NCBI RefSeq assembly: GCF_009914755.1
Contig: NC_060935.1
From: the human T2T-CHM13v2.0 reference genome, Homo sapiens
DNA: 64,000 bases
Strand: one strand, 5' to 3'
The notes under the pieces were generated by a model. The model did no database searches. It saw nothing but the letters and a program-made list of their open reading frames with translations, and was not told the origin of the DNA. The position numbers and the translations under genes are program-made. Shown piece by piece: positions 1 through 29,255 of this stretch (positions are counted from its first letter, which is position 1; each line of letters starts with the position of its first letter).

Positions 1-58
1 ATTGAGAAAAAAGTAGTTTTAAAAAAATACAAAGAACTGATTTTTAAAAGACCAATAA

Positions 59-372
59 GGGTACGGTGGTTTACACCTGTAATCCCAGCACTTTGGGAGG
101 CCAAGGTAGGCAGATCACTTGAGTCCAGGAGTTCAAGACCAGCTTGAGCAACATGGCAAAACCCTGTCTCTACTGAAAATACAAAAAATTAGCTGGACGC
201 GGTGGCATGCGCCTATAGTCCCAGTTATTCATGGGGCTGAAGCAGGAGGATTGCTTGAGTCCAGGAGGTTAACGCTGCAGTGAGCCCTGATCGTGCCACT
301 GCACTCTAACCTGGGTGACAGAGTGAGACCCTGTCTTAAAAAAATAAATAAATAAAACAAAAAAAAACCCAA
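59..372 (+). mobile_element. Alu
   Basis: Dimeric Alu with A-tail. Confidence 0.9.
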
Positions 373-389
373 AACCCATAAGGATAGGG

Positions 390-390
<1 letters not shown>

Positions 391-431
<41 letters not shown>
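391..431. repeat. (CA)n microsatellite
   Basis: ~20 perfect units. Confidence 0.97.
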
Positions 432-434
<3 letters not shown>

Positions 435-1140
435 GAGAGTTGAATAAGCACTTTCCACATCACAAAAGTATCAGGGAAATACAAATTACAAACTGACAAT
501 ATTATGTATTGGTGAGAATGTAAAGCACTAAGAATACCAAAGATTGCTAGTGCAAATATAAATTAGTACAATAGCTTTGGGAAATAATCTGGCATTATCT
601 CCCAGAGTTGTGATAAGGATAATTTGTTGCTCACCAATTCCATTTCTAGGTGTAGTATAAACAAAAAAAAAATGTGTACACTTATCCATGAGGAGACATG
701 AAAATTCCCAGAAACAGTTATTAAAATAGCCCCAAACTAGAAAAAATACAAAAGTCAATCAACTGTAGAATGAATAAATAGCAATATATTCATAAAAGAG
801 AATAATGGCTATTAATTAAAAATGAATGAATTTTAGCTACATAAATGTATTGTTGGATGAACAAATATATACCCCAAAGCATACTATAGGATTCTATTTA
901 TATACAGTTCAAAAACAGGAAATTAAAGTATTATGTTAGAATATAAAATAGTGGTTACCTTTTGGAAGAAGGGAGTTGGCAATGATTTGCAGGGTACCCA
1001 AAGGGAGTGATTTGGAGTATGAAAACATTGATCTGGGTGACGGTTACATAGGTGTTTGCTTTGTGATGATTCATTGAGCTATATATGTTTTATGAACTTT
1101 CAACATATGTGTAATACTTTAATAAAAACAGTTTTAAAAA
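430..1140 (+). mobile_element. Old L1M(E)-type 3' end fragment
   Basis: Degenerate L1 3' motifs (aatagtggttacct, ctgggtgacggttacataggtg, aataaaaa). Confidence 0.6.
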
Positions 1141-1230
1141 GAAACAAATATGATGAGCACACTGAATTGATAAAGTAATCACATTTTATGGAAAAATATA
1201 GGATGCTATATCAATAAGTAATGTCCTTAC

Positions 1231-1323
1231 CTCTTTGGGATTAATATATTTCACTATCTGACGTGGTTCTCCTTGTCTTCTTAAATCAATCAGACTTTTA
1301 AAGTGTTGAAATATAGCGACATT
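1231..1323 (-). CDS. C11orf65: C11orf65 second coding exon (exon 3)
   Basis: ctttag|AATGTCGCT...AAAGAG|gtaagg; 93 nt, phase 0->0; NVAIFQHFKSLIDLRRQGEPRQIVKYINPKE continues the previous exon in frame. Confidence 0.92.
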
Positions 1324-1659
1324 CTAAAGGTTCAAACACAAGATTTCATGATCAAAACTGGATTTTCTATTTCTACTTCGCTTTTTGTCTAATCAGGGCA
1401 AAAACGAATAAAGTACCATAAAATAGATTTTTATGTATCCACACTAGATTTTAGAAATATTATGCACTCAGGGTTTGCTTTGATAACCCTAGTAGTATTA
1501 GTATAATTCTCACAAAGAGATTTATTCTTAAATTTGTAATTGCATCACTACCAACTATAAATGTAATATCCCAAACTTTGGTAAAGTCATCTCAGTGTAC
1601 TCTCCAGAGTAATCTAGAAAAAAACCAAAATACAGACTACTGATTAAGAACCACTGAGT

Positions 1660-1870
1660 ATGGGATACTCTTGTCTGGGTTCAGCTGTTAGTATTTAGCA
1701 GCTGTGACTGTCGACAAGTTGCTTAACCTCTTTGCACTCAGTTTCTTCAACTATAAAGTGGGAATGATAGTAGCCATCTCATACAGCTTTGGTGAGAAAT
1801 ACATGAATTAATATTTGTAGAGCATGTAAAGCTTTCTGACACAAGAAAACATTCAATAAATATTAGCCAT
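1660..1870 (+). mobile_element. MIR SINE
   Basis: Core gcagctgtgac...aagttgcttaacctctttgcactcagtttc...aaagtgggaatgata; tail tcaataaatattag. Confidence 0.75.
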
Positions 1871-2726
1871 TGTTACCATTGCAGAATCCTCCTTATTCCT
1901 ATAGTAATCCCACTGATGTATTACAGGATTCTGTAATGGTAACAACGACTAATATTTATTGAGTGTTCATCTATTTTTCACATTAGTGCAAATTTAGCTA
2001 AACAATCCCTACCAATTAGTCCATCTTGGAAAATTATTTCTTTGGTAACTCTCCCCTCAAGCCCCATCTCCCTAAAAATGCTTTAATAACTCTTGGTAAA
2101 CACCCCACTCCCCATTTGCTTATGTTAAAGCAAATAAAATAAATTCAAATTTAAGTAACCCATAGTACCAATATAACAATCTAAAGCCCCACTACAATTG
2201 CCTATGGAAGATGGTACAGCCCATGTCTATACTAATAGTATTCTTTCTGAAAGGAGGATATAATTTTCCCCAAATAAAACTCCAAATTGAGTATCAAGAA
2301 ATACTTATTATGGTTTAAAATCTGAATAGTATCTTCTAAATAGGTGGTTACTATATCAGTTGTCTACTAATACATAACAAACCACCCTAAAACTTAGTGG
2401 TTTAGAGCAACAACCATTTATTATTTCTCTCTTCCTGTGGGTTGACAGGGGAGTTCTGCTGGTCTTGGTTGGACTCATACATGTGGCCTTAGTCAGCTGC
2501 CAGATCAGCTGGAGTTGAGTGATTTAATATGGCCTCACCCACATATCAGGGTCTTCAGCTGAAATTTTTGGAATATCTAGGATAGCTGGGCCTCTCTTTC
2601 CAAACAGACCTTCAGTTTGAGCTTCTTCATAGTATGGAGGTTTTAAAGTACCAAAGAGAGACTGGGTGCAATGGCTCACGCCTGTAATCCCAGCACTTTG
2701 GAGGGGCGAGGCATTAAAAAAAAATT

Positions 2727-2781
2727 TATATATATATATCTCTCTCTATATATATATAGATATATATAGATATATATATAT
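2727..2781. repeat. (TA)n compound microsatellite
   Basis: tatata/tctc/tagata run. Confidence 0.9.
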
Positions 2782-3144
<363 letters not shown>

Positions 3145-3708
3145 TTATCTTGGAAGTCACAGCAACATTTATTCTGCATTCCATTGGTCAAACTCAAGTC
3201 CTAACAGGGCTTGTTAGGCTTGGCCCCTAAGGGGGTCAAGTAAAAGGTGGGACTCACAGGAAGTTCTATATACATTACAGCTTCACTTGCAGTACAGAGA
3301 GGAAGGGAAATCCTTCTACTGGGACAGAACCTCAAGTAGCATACCTGGTTGTATATTGTGCCTGGAAGAAAAGATGGCCAGAAGTATAGATCTATAGATG
3401 GATGGTGATTGATGGATGGTTTGACTGGATGGTCAGGGATTTGGAAAGAACATGGTTAGAAAATTGGTGACAAGTGGTCTGGGGAAGAGGTATGTGCAGA
3501 CTTCTCCAGATGGGCACCAAGTGAGAAGATGCTTGTGTCGTATGTGAATGCTCACCAAAGAACAATCTCAACAGAGAAGAATCTTAATAATCAGGTGAGC
3601 AAGATGACTCATTCCTTGGAATCAGTCAGCCTTTCCCCCTAGCCACTGCTATCCTTGCACTATGTGCTCATGAACAAAGTGGTCATAGCAGTAGGAATGG
3701 AGGTTATG

Positions 3709-4049
<341 letters not shown>

Positions 4050-5297
4050 CTAGATCTGGCTACTGCCACCACTGAGAGAGTCCAACTTGCCAACACAGAG
4101 ACTAACACTGAGCCCCTGGTATGGCATAATTCCTTGGGGGAACTACCTAGCTTCCTTGAGACAAAAATTGATTATTTGGAACACTTCCATTATGGAAAGG
4201 GCAACACTTCTTTTCTCACTGGAATTGACATCTGATCCTTCCATGTGCACAGTGTTTCCACAAAAACCTTCTGTGTACTTTGAAAATGCTTTATTCTCTG
4301 TCATGGTATTCCACACAGCATTGCTCCTGATTAGAGAACTTGGTTCACAACAAGTGTAGCACACCAATGGGCCCATGCTTGTGAAATTCATAAATCTTAC
4401 CTTGTTCCCAATCACCCTGAAGTAACTGGCCTGATAGAATAGTGGAATGGCATGTTAAAGACTCAGTTGCAATTTAGAATTCAGTGATAACACTTTTCAG
4501 ACTAGGACGACATCCTCTATGTTGTAGTAGATGCTCTGAATGAATATCGTGCTATTTCTCACACAGCCAGCATTCATGAATTTGGGAATTAAGTGGTAGA
4601 AATGGAAGTGGCTCCCTCTCAATATTATCTTTAATGATCCACTAGTGAAAATTTTGCTTCCTGTCCTTCTTTGTACCTTTGTGCTCTGCAGATATAATGG
4701 TCTTAGTTTCCACAGGAAGAACGTTTCCACCAAAGTACATACCAATATTAAAATGGAAACTGATACTGCCACCTGACCATCTTGTTCTCCTCATACCAAT
4801 AAACCAACATGAAAAAAAAAAGACAATTACCATACTGGCTGGGGTAATTAATCCTGATTCTTAGGAGAAAATGAGCTATTACTACCAGTAGAAATTAAGG
4901 AAGATGTCTAGAATTCAGGAGAACTTTTGGGGTGTTTTTTAGTAATACCATATTCTGTAAGAAAAGTTAATGGAAAATTATAACAACCCCAAAAAGGCAG
5001 AATTGTTAAAGGTCTAGCCCCTTTAGGAATGAAGTTTTGCGTCATTCCCTTCCTCCACCCCTGAGCAAGGAACCACAACCAGCTGAAGTGCTTGCTGAAA
5101 AAAAGAGAGAATATGAAATAGCTAGTGGAAGAAAAAAGTTAAAAATACCAGCTATGATTCCCATAATTAGCTGCAGAAACAGGTAGTATCTATGAGTATT
5201 TCTTCTATATATCTGCATATAAATATTAGCCATTTTTTTCTTTTGTTTTCTCCTGCTCCCATTCCCCTAAAACAAATGTAAAGTGTGTTAATCATAG

Positions 5298-5848
5298 TGT
5301 GGTAGGCAGCATAACGCTCCCTAACAAAAGATGTTCACACCTAATCCCTGTAATCTGTAATGTGTAAATATGCTGTTACATGGAGAGGGTGAATTAGGAT
5401 TGCATTTGGAACTAAGGTTGCTAATCAGCTGACTTTGACACAGGGAAATTATCCTCATTGGCCCAAGGTAATTGCAAGGGTCCGTATAAAGGACATAGAA
5501 GAGTCAGCAAGAGTGGTGTGATGAGGGAAAGACTTGACAGGTCATTGCTGGTTTTGAAAATAGACAGGGGTTGCTCCAGGAAAGGATTTTAGGAGGAAAA
5601 AAAAAAAAAAGAAAGAAAATAGAAGGGCATAATGAGCCAAGGATGCGGGCAACTTCTAGAAGGAGGAAAAGGCAGGAAATTCTTCCCTAGAGCCTCCAGA
5701 GAGAACACAAGCTCTGCTGACGCTTGATTTTAGCCCAGTGAAGCCCATTTCAGACTTCTGACCTCCAGAACCGTAAGATAATACATTTTTGTGGTTTAAA
5801 GCACTAACTTTGTGGCAATTTTTACAGTAGCATTAGGAAATTAATACA
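5298..5848 (+). mobile_element. MLT1C/D-like MaLR solo LTR
   Basis: TGTGGTAGGCAG start, ttctcccctagagcctccaga-like core, ends ggaaattaataCA. Confidence 0.8.
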
Positions 5849-6474
5849 AGTACTTAACCTTCCACCTGGTATTTAAAGTATAAGATATCATAGGTAGAGT
5901 ATGGTTCAGCAAAAAGAGGAATAAAAATGATCCAAAAAGGGATAAAGGTACTTTTGGGAAGGTTGTGAATATGCTTTGGCCTGTATGAGGAATGTTAGGT
6001 GGAAGCATGGTTTTGATTCTATTTGGAAGTTAAATATGGTTAAAAGGGATTTGTATGGATGCCAAGGTGACAAGGGGTAGACTCAGCTGGGTTATTCTAT
6101 TGTCAACTTGACCAAACAAGGACAAATATAAAGAAAATGACATATAGACACATCATAATCAAACTGCTAAAAACCAAAGACAAAGACGCAATTTAAAAGC
6201 AGCCAGAAAATAAATACCACAATACTTTCAGAGTAGAAACGGTAACACTATTTATTGACTTTTTAATAGAAACTATGGGAGACAGAATACAATGGAATGC
6301 CATCTGAGTGCTGAGGGGGGAAAAATCCCAATAACATGCCAGTCCAGATTTCTATGAAATGTGATAATATTCTTTGAAAATAAAAAGGAAATAAATATGC
6401 TTTTAGACAAACAAAAGCTGAAGGGATTTTTCACAGGAGGTCTGGCATCTAAGAAATCTTATAAGAAATACTAC

Positions 6475-9480
<3,006 letters not shown>

Positions 9481-9723
9481 GTGAACACTGGCTGTTTAAA
9501 ACAAGAATAATAATGTCTCCTGGTACTTAAAACAAAAGTGTAAGTGAAATATCTGGAAATAACAGGACAAAGGTGAAGAGGCTAAAGTGAGTTAACATGT
9601 TATGAGCTTCTTACATTGTTCTGAAAAGGGTAAAAGTACTAATTTAAGGTAGAGACTAACTAATCAAGGGCAAATATTGTAACTTTGCCCTTTCTAGCTT
9701 AACCCTCTAAAAGAATATATAGC

Positions 9724-10325
9724 TGTTCTAATCATCTATTACTGTGTAGTAAAGTACCTCAAAACTTAGTAGTGTAAAAACAACCACCATTTTATTATGC
9801 TCATAATTATGGGTTACGAATTCTGGTAGGGAATAGTAGGGAAGTCTTGTCTCATCTCCACAATGACTGAGGCTTCAGCGGGGATGACTTGAACAGTAGA
9901 AATGGCTGGGATGGCTCAAGTGGGGCCCAATATCAAGGACCTGCATTCTAGCTGTCAGCTAGGTCTCTTGGTTCTTTTCCTTATTACACTTATTGGGCAT
10001 GGAATATAAAAAATGGCCTTTTCACTTACGTATCTGCTTAAGTGGGCTGTAATATCTGTTAAAACAGGATAGTCAATCATCAATCTCTGGAGGCAACCTC
10101 TCCATGAGGCTAGCCTGGGATTCACTTCAGCATGGCAGTTTCAGGGCAGTTATCCTTCCTACATGGTGGCTGTTCTCACTCAGAATGAACATTTCAGGAC
10201 ACAGACTTGGACACTGCAATGCTTTTTATGACCTAGACTAAGAGGTTCCAGAATGTCATGTCCTATTTTAGTGGTTTTAATGGTAAAGCAAGTTACTAAA
10301 ATAGCCTAGATGAAAGGGAAAATAT
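9724..10325 (-). mobile_element. MLT1-type LTR (continues 22680-22735 after the L1 insertion)
   Basis: aaagtacctcaaaacttagtagtgtaaaaacaac motif; continuation gccacctcctg...atctttaatc beyond the L1 TSD. Confidence 0.65.
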
Positions 10326-10592
10326 GACCGATAGGAAGAGGAGGTTCCAAGATGGCCAAATAGGAACAGCCCCAGTCTACAGCTCCCAGCATGAGCAACG
10401 CAGAAGACAGGTGATCTCGGCATTTCCAAGTGAGGTACCGGGTTCATCTCACTGGGGCTTGTCAGACAGTGGGTGCAGCCCAAGGAGCATGAGCCAAAGC
10501 AGGGCAACGCACTGCCTCACCCAGGAAGTGCAAGGGGTTGGGGAATTCCCTTTCCTAGCCAAGGGAAGCCGTGACAGATGGTACCTGGAAAA

Positions 10593-10775
10593 TTAGGACA
10601 CTCCCACCCTAATACTGTGCTTTTCCAACAGTCTTAGCAAACAGCACACCAGGAGATTATATCCTGCACCTGGCTCAGAGGGTCCCACACCCACGGAACC
10701 TTGCTCACTACTAACACAGCAGTCTAAGATTGAACTGCAAGGCGGCAGCAAGGCTGGAGGAGAGGCGTCTGCCAT
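10593..10775 (-). CDS. L1 antisense ORF0 homolog (outer L1), 60 aa, truncated by TAA
   Basis: MADASPPALLPPCSSILDCC...VGVGPSEPGAGYNLLV resembles ORF0 (MAGAPPPASLPPCSLISDCC...); donors CAG|GTGCAG at nt 106 and CAG|GTACCA at nt 191; expression unknown. Confidence 0.55.
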   Translation of the reverse strand: MADASPPALLPPCSSILDCCVSSEQGSVGVGPSEPGAGYNLLVCCLLRLLEKHSIRVGVS

Positions 10776-13055
10776 TGCTGAGGCTTGAGTAGGTAAACAA
10801 AGCAGCCGGGAAGCTCGAATTGGGTGGAGCCCACCAACAGCTCAAGGAGGCCTGCCTGCCTCTGTAGACTCCACCTCTGGGGGCAGGGCATAGCTGAACA
10901 AAAGGCAGCAGAAACTTCTGCAGACTTAAACGTCCCTGTCTGACAGCTTTGAAAAGAGTAGTTGTTATCCCAGCATGGAGTTTGAGATGAGAGAATGGGC
11001 AGACTGCCTCCTCAAGTGGGTCCCTGACCCCCAAGTAGCCTAACTGGGAGGCACCCCCCAGTAGGGGCAGACTGACACCTCATACGGCCAGGTGCCCCTC
11101 TGAGACAAAGCTTCCGGAGGAAGGATTAGGCAGCAACAATTGCCATTCTGCAATATTTGCTGTTCTGCAGCCTCCGCTGGTGATACCCAGGCAAACAAGG
11201 TCTGGAGTGGACTTCCAGCAAAGTCCAACAGACCTGCAGCTGCGGGTCCTATTAGAAGGAAAACTAACAAACAGAAAGGACACCCACACCAAAATCCCAT
11301 CTGTATGTCACCATCATCAAAGACCAAAGGTAGAGAAAACCACAAAGACGGGGAGAAACCAGAGCAGAAAAGCTGAAAATTCTAAATATCAGAATGCCTC
11401 TTCTCCTCCAAAGGAATGCAGCTCCTTGCCAGCAACAGAACAAAGCTGGATGGAAAATGACTTTGATGAGTTGAGAGAAGAAGGCTTCAGATGATCAGTA
11501 ATAACAAACTTCTCCGAGCTAAAGGAGGATGTTCAAACCTATCACAAAGAAGCTAAAAACCTTGAAAAAAGATGAGATGAATGGTTAACTAGAAGAAACA
11601 GTGTAGAGAAGACCTTAAATCACTTGATGGAGCTGAAAACCATGGCAAGAGAACTAGGTGATGCATGCACAAGCTTCAGTACCCGATTCAATCAAGTGGA
11701 AGAAAGGGTATCAGTGATTGAAGATCAAAAGAATGAAAGGAAGCCAGAAGAGAAGTTTAGAGAAAAAAGAGGAAAAAGAACGAACAAAGCCTCTAAGAAA
11801 TGTGGGACTATGTGAAAAGATGAAACTTACGTCTGATTGGTGTACCTGAAAGTGATGTGGAGAATGGAATCAAGTTGGAAAACACTCTTAAGAATACTAT
11901 CCAGGAGAACTTCCCCAACCTAGCAAAACAGGCCAAAATTCAAATTCAGGAAATACAGAGAATGCCACAAAGATACTCCTCGAGAAGAGCAATCCCAAGA
12001 CACATAATTGTCAGATTCACCAAAGTTGAAATGAAGGAAAAAATATTAAGGGCAGCCAGAGAGAAAGGTCGGGTTACCCACAAAGGGAAACCCATCAGAC
12101 TAACAGCGGATCTCTCAGCAGAAACTCTACAAGCCAGAAGACAGTGGGGGCCAATATTCAACATTCTTAAAGAAAAGAATTTTCAACCCAGAATTTCATA
12201 TCCAGCCAAACTAAGCTTCATCAGTGAAGGAAAAATAAAATACTTTACAGACAAGCAAATGCTGAGAGATTTTGTCATCACCAGGCCTCCCTTACAACAG
12301 CTCCTGAAGGAAGCACTAAACATGGAAAGGAACAACCAGTACCAGCCACTGCAAAAACACTGTAAAGACCATCGATGCTAGGAAGAAACCACATCAACTA
12401 ACGAGAAAAATAACCAGCTAACATCATAATGACAGGATCAAATTCACATATAATAATATTAACTTTAAATGTAAATGGGCTAAATGCTCCAACTAAAAGA
12501 CACAGACTGGCAAATTGGATAAAGATTCAAGACCCATCACTGTGCTGTATTCAGGAGACCCATCTCATGTGCAGAGACACACATAGGCTCAAAATAAAGG
12601 GATGGAGGAAGATCTAACAAGCAAATGGAAAACAAACAAACAAAAAAAGCAGGGGCTACAATCCTAGCCTCTGATAAAACAGACTTACACCAACAAAGAT
12701 CAAAAGAGACAAAGAAGGCCATTACGTAATTATAAAGGGATCAATTCAACAAGAAGAGCTAACTATCCTAAATATATATGCACCCAATACAGGAGCACCC
12801 AGATTCATAAAGCAAGTCCTGAGTGACCTACAAAGAGACTTAGACTCCCACACAATAATAATAGGAGACTTTAACACCCCACTGTCAAGATGAGACAGAT
12901 CAACGAAACAGAAGGTTAACAAGGATATCCAGGAATTGAACTCAGCTCTGCACCAAGCAGACCTCATAGACATCTACAGAACTCTCCACCCCAAATCAAG
13001 AGAATATACATTTTTACAGCATCACACGACACCTATCCCAAAATTGACCCCATAG

Positions 13056-20284
<7,229 letters not shown>

Positions 20285-20877
20285 GCCTTATCCACCATGA
20301 TCAAGTCGGCTTCATCCCTGGGATGCAAGGCTGGTTCAACGTACACAAATCAATAAATGTAATCCAGCATATAAACAGAACCAATTACAAAAACCACATG
20401 ATTATCTCAATAGATGCAGAAACGGCCTTCAATAAAATTCAACAGCTCTTCATGCTAAAAACTCTCAATAAACTAGGTACTGATGGGACGTGTTTCAAAA
20501 TAATAACAGCTATTTATGACAAACCCACAGCCAATATCATACTGAATGGGCAAAAACTGGAAGCATTCCCTTTGAAAACTGGCACAAGACAGGGATGCCC
20601 TCTCTCACCACTCCTATTCAACATAGTGTTGGAAGTTCGGGCAGGGCAATCAGGCAGGAGAAAGAAATAAAGGGTATTCAATTAGGAAGAGAGGAAGTCA
20701 AATTGTCTCTGTTTGCAGACGACATGATTGTATATTTAGAAAACCCCATCATCTCAGCCCAAAATCTCCTTAAGCTGATAAGCAACTTCAGCAAAGTCTC
20801 AAGATACAAAATCAATGTGCAAAAATCACAAGCATTCCTATACACCAATAACAGACAAACAGAGAGCCAAATCATGA

Positions 20878-21510
<633 letters not shown>

Positions 21511-23149
21511 TAAACGTTAGACCTAAAACCATAAAAACCCTAGAAGAAAACCTAGGCAATACCATTCAGGACATAGGCATGGGCAAGGACTTCATGACTA
21601 AAACACCAAAAGCAATGGCAACAAAAGCCAAAATTGACAAATGGGATCTAATTAAACTAAAGAGCTTCTGCACAGCAAAAGAAACTACCATCAGAGTGAA
21701 CAGGCAACCTACAGAATGGGAGAAAATTTTTCCAATCTACCCATATGACAAAGGGCTAATATCAAGAATCTACAAAGAACTTAAACAAATTTACAAGAAA
21801 AAAATCAAACCACCCCATCAAAAAGTGGGCAAAGGATATGTCTTCTCAAAAGAAGACATTTATGCAGCCAACAGACACATGAAAAAATGCTCATCATCAC
21901 TGGCCATCAGAGAAATGCAAATCAAAACCACAATGAGATACCATCTCACACCAGTAAGAATGGGAATCACTAAAAAGTCAGGAAACAACAGGTGCTGGAG
22001 AGGATGTGGAGAAATAGGAACACTTTTACACTGTTGGTGGGACTGTAAACTAGTTCAACCATTGTAGAAGACAGTGTGGCAATTCCTCAAGGATCTAGAA
22101 CCAGAAATACCATTTGAGCCAGCCATCCCATTACTGGGTGTATATCCAAAGGATTATAAATCATGCTGCTATAAAGACACATGCACACGTATGTTTACTG
22201 CAGCACTATTCACAATAACAAAGACTTGGAACCAACCCAAATGTCCATCAATGATAGACTGGATTAAGAAAATGTGGCACATACACACCATGGAATACTA
22301 TGCAGCCATATAAAAGGATGAGTTCATGTCCTTCGTAGGGACATGGATGAAGCTGGAAACCATCATTCTGAGCAAACTATCACAAGGACAGAAAACCAAA
22401 CACCGCATGTGCTCCCTCATAGGTGGGAATTAAACAATGAGAACACTTGGACACAGGGTGGGGAACATCACACACCAGGGCCTGTCGTGGGGTGGGGGGA
22501 GGGGGGAGGGATAGCATTAGGAGATATACCTAATGTAAACGATGAGTTAATGCGTGCAGCACACCAACATGGCACATGTATACATTTGTAACAACCTGCA
22601 CGTTGTGCACATGTACCCTAGAACTTAAAGTATAATTAAAAAAAAAAGAAAAAAGAAAAAAAAAAGAAAGGGAAAATATTGCCACCTCCTGTCAACAGGA
22701 GAAATAGAAAACAACTTATGGCATCTTTAATCAATCAAAATAACTAAAAAGTTAATAGAGAAGAAAATAATGACAAACTAACAATATTTAATTACCACCA
22801 AGAAAGGGAAAAGGGAGGGGAAAATACAGGAAGAACAGATCAGATAAGTAGAAAACAAACAGCAAGATGGTAGCCTTAAGCCCAATGAATACAGTAATTA
22901 CAATAAATATAAATGGTCTAAACATGCTAATTAAAAGACAAAGATTATTTAGAATTATGCAAAATTAAATCCAACTGTATTTTGTTTACAAGAGACACAA
23001 TTTAAATATAAGGGCACAAAAAGATGAAAAGTAAAAGAATAGGAAAAGATGTCATGTAGGTACTCACCAAAAGAACACTAGGGTAGCTATAACAATATAA
23101 AATAAAATGTTCTTTCAGACAAGAAGTACTGTAAAATATACGAAATATC

Positions 23150-24595
<1,446 letters not shown>

Positions 24596-24599
24596 CTTT

Positions 24600-24930
24600 A
24601 AAGGTCACATATGACAAGCCCACAGCTAACATCATACTCAATGGTGAAAAGTTAAAAGTTTCTTCTCTAAGATCAGGAACATGGATGCCCCTGCTTACTA
24701 CTTGTATTCAACATGGCACTGGAAGTCTCAGCCAGAGAAATTAGGCAACAGAAAGAAATAAGACATACAAATTGAAAAGGAAGATGTTAAATTGTCTCTG
24801 TTTCCAGATGACATGATCTTATATACAGAAGACCTTAAAGACTCTTATCAAAAAACTGTTAAAAATAATAAGCAAATTTAGTAAAGTTACAAACTCAACA
24901 TACAAAAATCAATGGTGTTTCTATAAACCA
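24600..24930 (+). mobile_element. Forward L1 ORF2 RT segment joined to the inverted segment
   Basis: [16 protein letters not shown]; LSLFPDDMI (FADD-like). Confidence 0.8.
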
Positions 24931-25025
24931 AAGATACAAAGTTCACAAAGGAAAAGTAAAACTGTCATCATTCAAAGATAACATGACTAAGAAAATCCAA
25001 AGGAATTTATAAAAAAGCAATTAGA

Positions 25026-27867
<2,842 letters not shown>

Positions 27868-29212
27868 GAGGTGGTTGGAGAAGATCGCCAGACAGGAAGT
27901 CTAGCTTCTGGTCTTTGTTCAGAGTCAGCATGGTCTTCAAAGAGGGTTAGATGCTCAGGCCAGCCTCTCAGGATCAGCACAAATCATGCAGTGGTGAACA
28001 GACTTGGGTGTCGTTTCCCCCAGGTGTGGGTGAAATTCCTAGACTAGACCAGATATCATTGGGTAAAAGGTGTGCCTGTTTAACATTTGGATAAATATCA
28101 CTATTGTCCAACATACAGAAGTTTCTGTCCACACCACCTCCTCTCAGAACAAGAATGCCTATTTCCCCATGCCCTAACCAACTCATATTTTTAAGTATTT
28201 TATTAATTTTTTGACTAGGTAATGTTTGCAGATGGCACAAAATTTAAAAAAGTAGGGAAGGGCATGCAGTGAGAGGTCTCCACATTCCCGTCACAGCCAT
28301 CCCAGTCCTGTCCCCAGAACCACAAACTTTGATCTCAGCCTTTCTGGTAAATGGAAAGTGGTATCTCACTCAATAAATCTCACAATTATGTGGGAAAAAA
28401 AAAGTGAACCTTGGTTGTCCATTAATACTTAAGAATGAAAGTCTGTGTCAGTTTTTCTAGGCGCTAGTACGAGTATCTTTTGTTAGTATTCTGTCTACCC
28501 AGTGTTCTCACTCAGGAGTGGGAAAATTGCCTGGGGGCTTCATGACATGAGTGGAGTAAGTAATTACCAGGCTTTCTCTAATGGGTATCGTCAAGTAGCC
28601 AGCTATTAAGCAGGGTGTCTCTCAAATACCAAAATTAAGAGGCAACACAACAAAATTAAGAGGGTTTCACTGTGGAATGCCAAATTCATGCTAGAACTAG
28701 CTTTCTCAGATAGTTCATTTGATTTTTCATTTTTCATTTTTTTTTAAAAAAGAGATAAGACTCCAGGGTTTCTTTGTGTCTTTTTTGCCTAATAGTATGT
28801 ATCTGTCTACAAGCAGATTTGTGACTAGCAGTAAACATCCACCTACCTGCAGCTCTTGGTCTGCAAAAGACTGGAGACAACTGGCACAGCTGCCCCATAT
28901 ACAGACCTTCAATTAACCCCTGTCTTCAGTCCTTCTCCTTCCAGCTCTTTTAAATTGTTAACTCCAAATTCATATCCTCTCTGGGGTTCCAATGGCAAAC
29001 CAATTCCCTCATTGGAACCCCTATGAAATGTGTCTAGGCAAGTGTTTCTACAGTTTTTCCAAAGGATGCTATCATCTATTTTTAGTTTTCCAAAAATTAG
29101 ATAAAATTTTTATCTGCTCATGAACCCCCTTCTCTTTGTTATGGATTAACCTTCTACACAGTGTCGTTTCAATGGGGTTCTGGAGAGATAGAAGGTGAAA
29201 ATGTGTCCTCCG

Positions 29213-29215
<3 letters not shown>

Positions 29216-29253
<38 letters not shown>
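29216..29253. repeat. (CA)n microsatellite
   Basis: ~19 units. Confidence 0.97.

Positions 29254-29255
<2 letters not shown>

Noticed and set aside
10585-10670. Outer-L1 ORF0 fusion to C11orf65 exon 3
   Set aside because: Donor 1 is phase 1 (out of frame with the phase-0 exon) and donor 2 lies after a TAA stop; at most a non-coding or alternative 5' exon.
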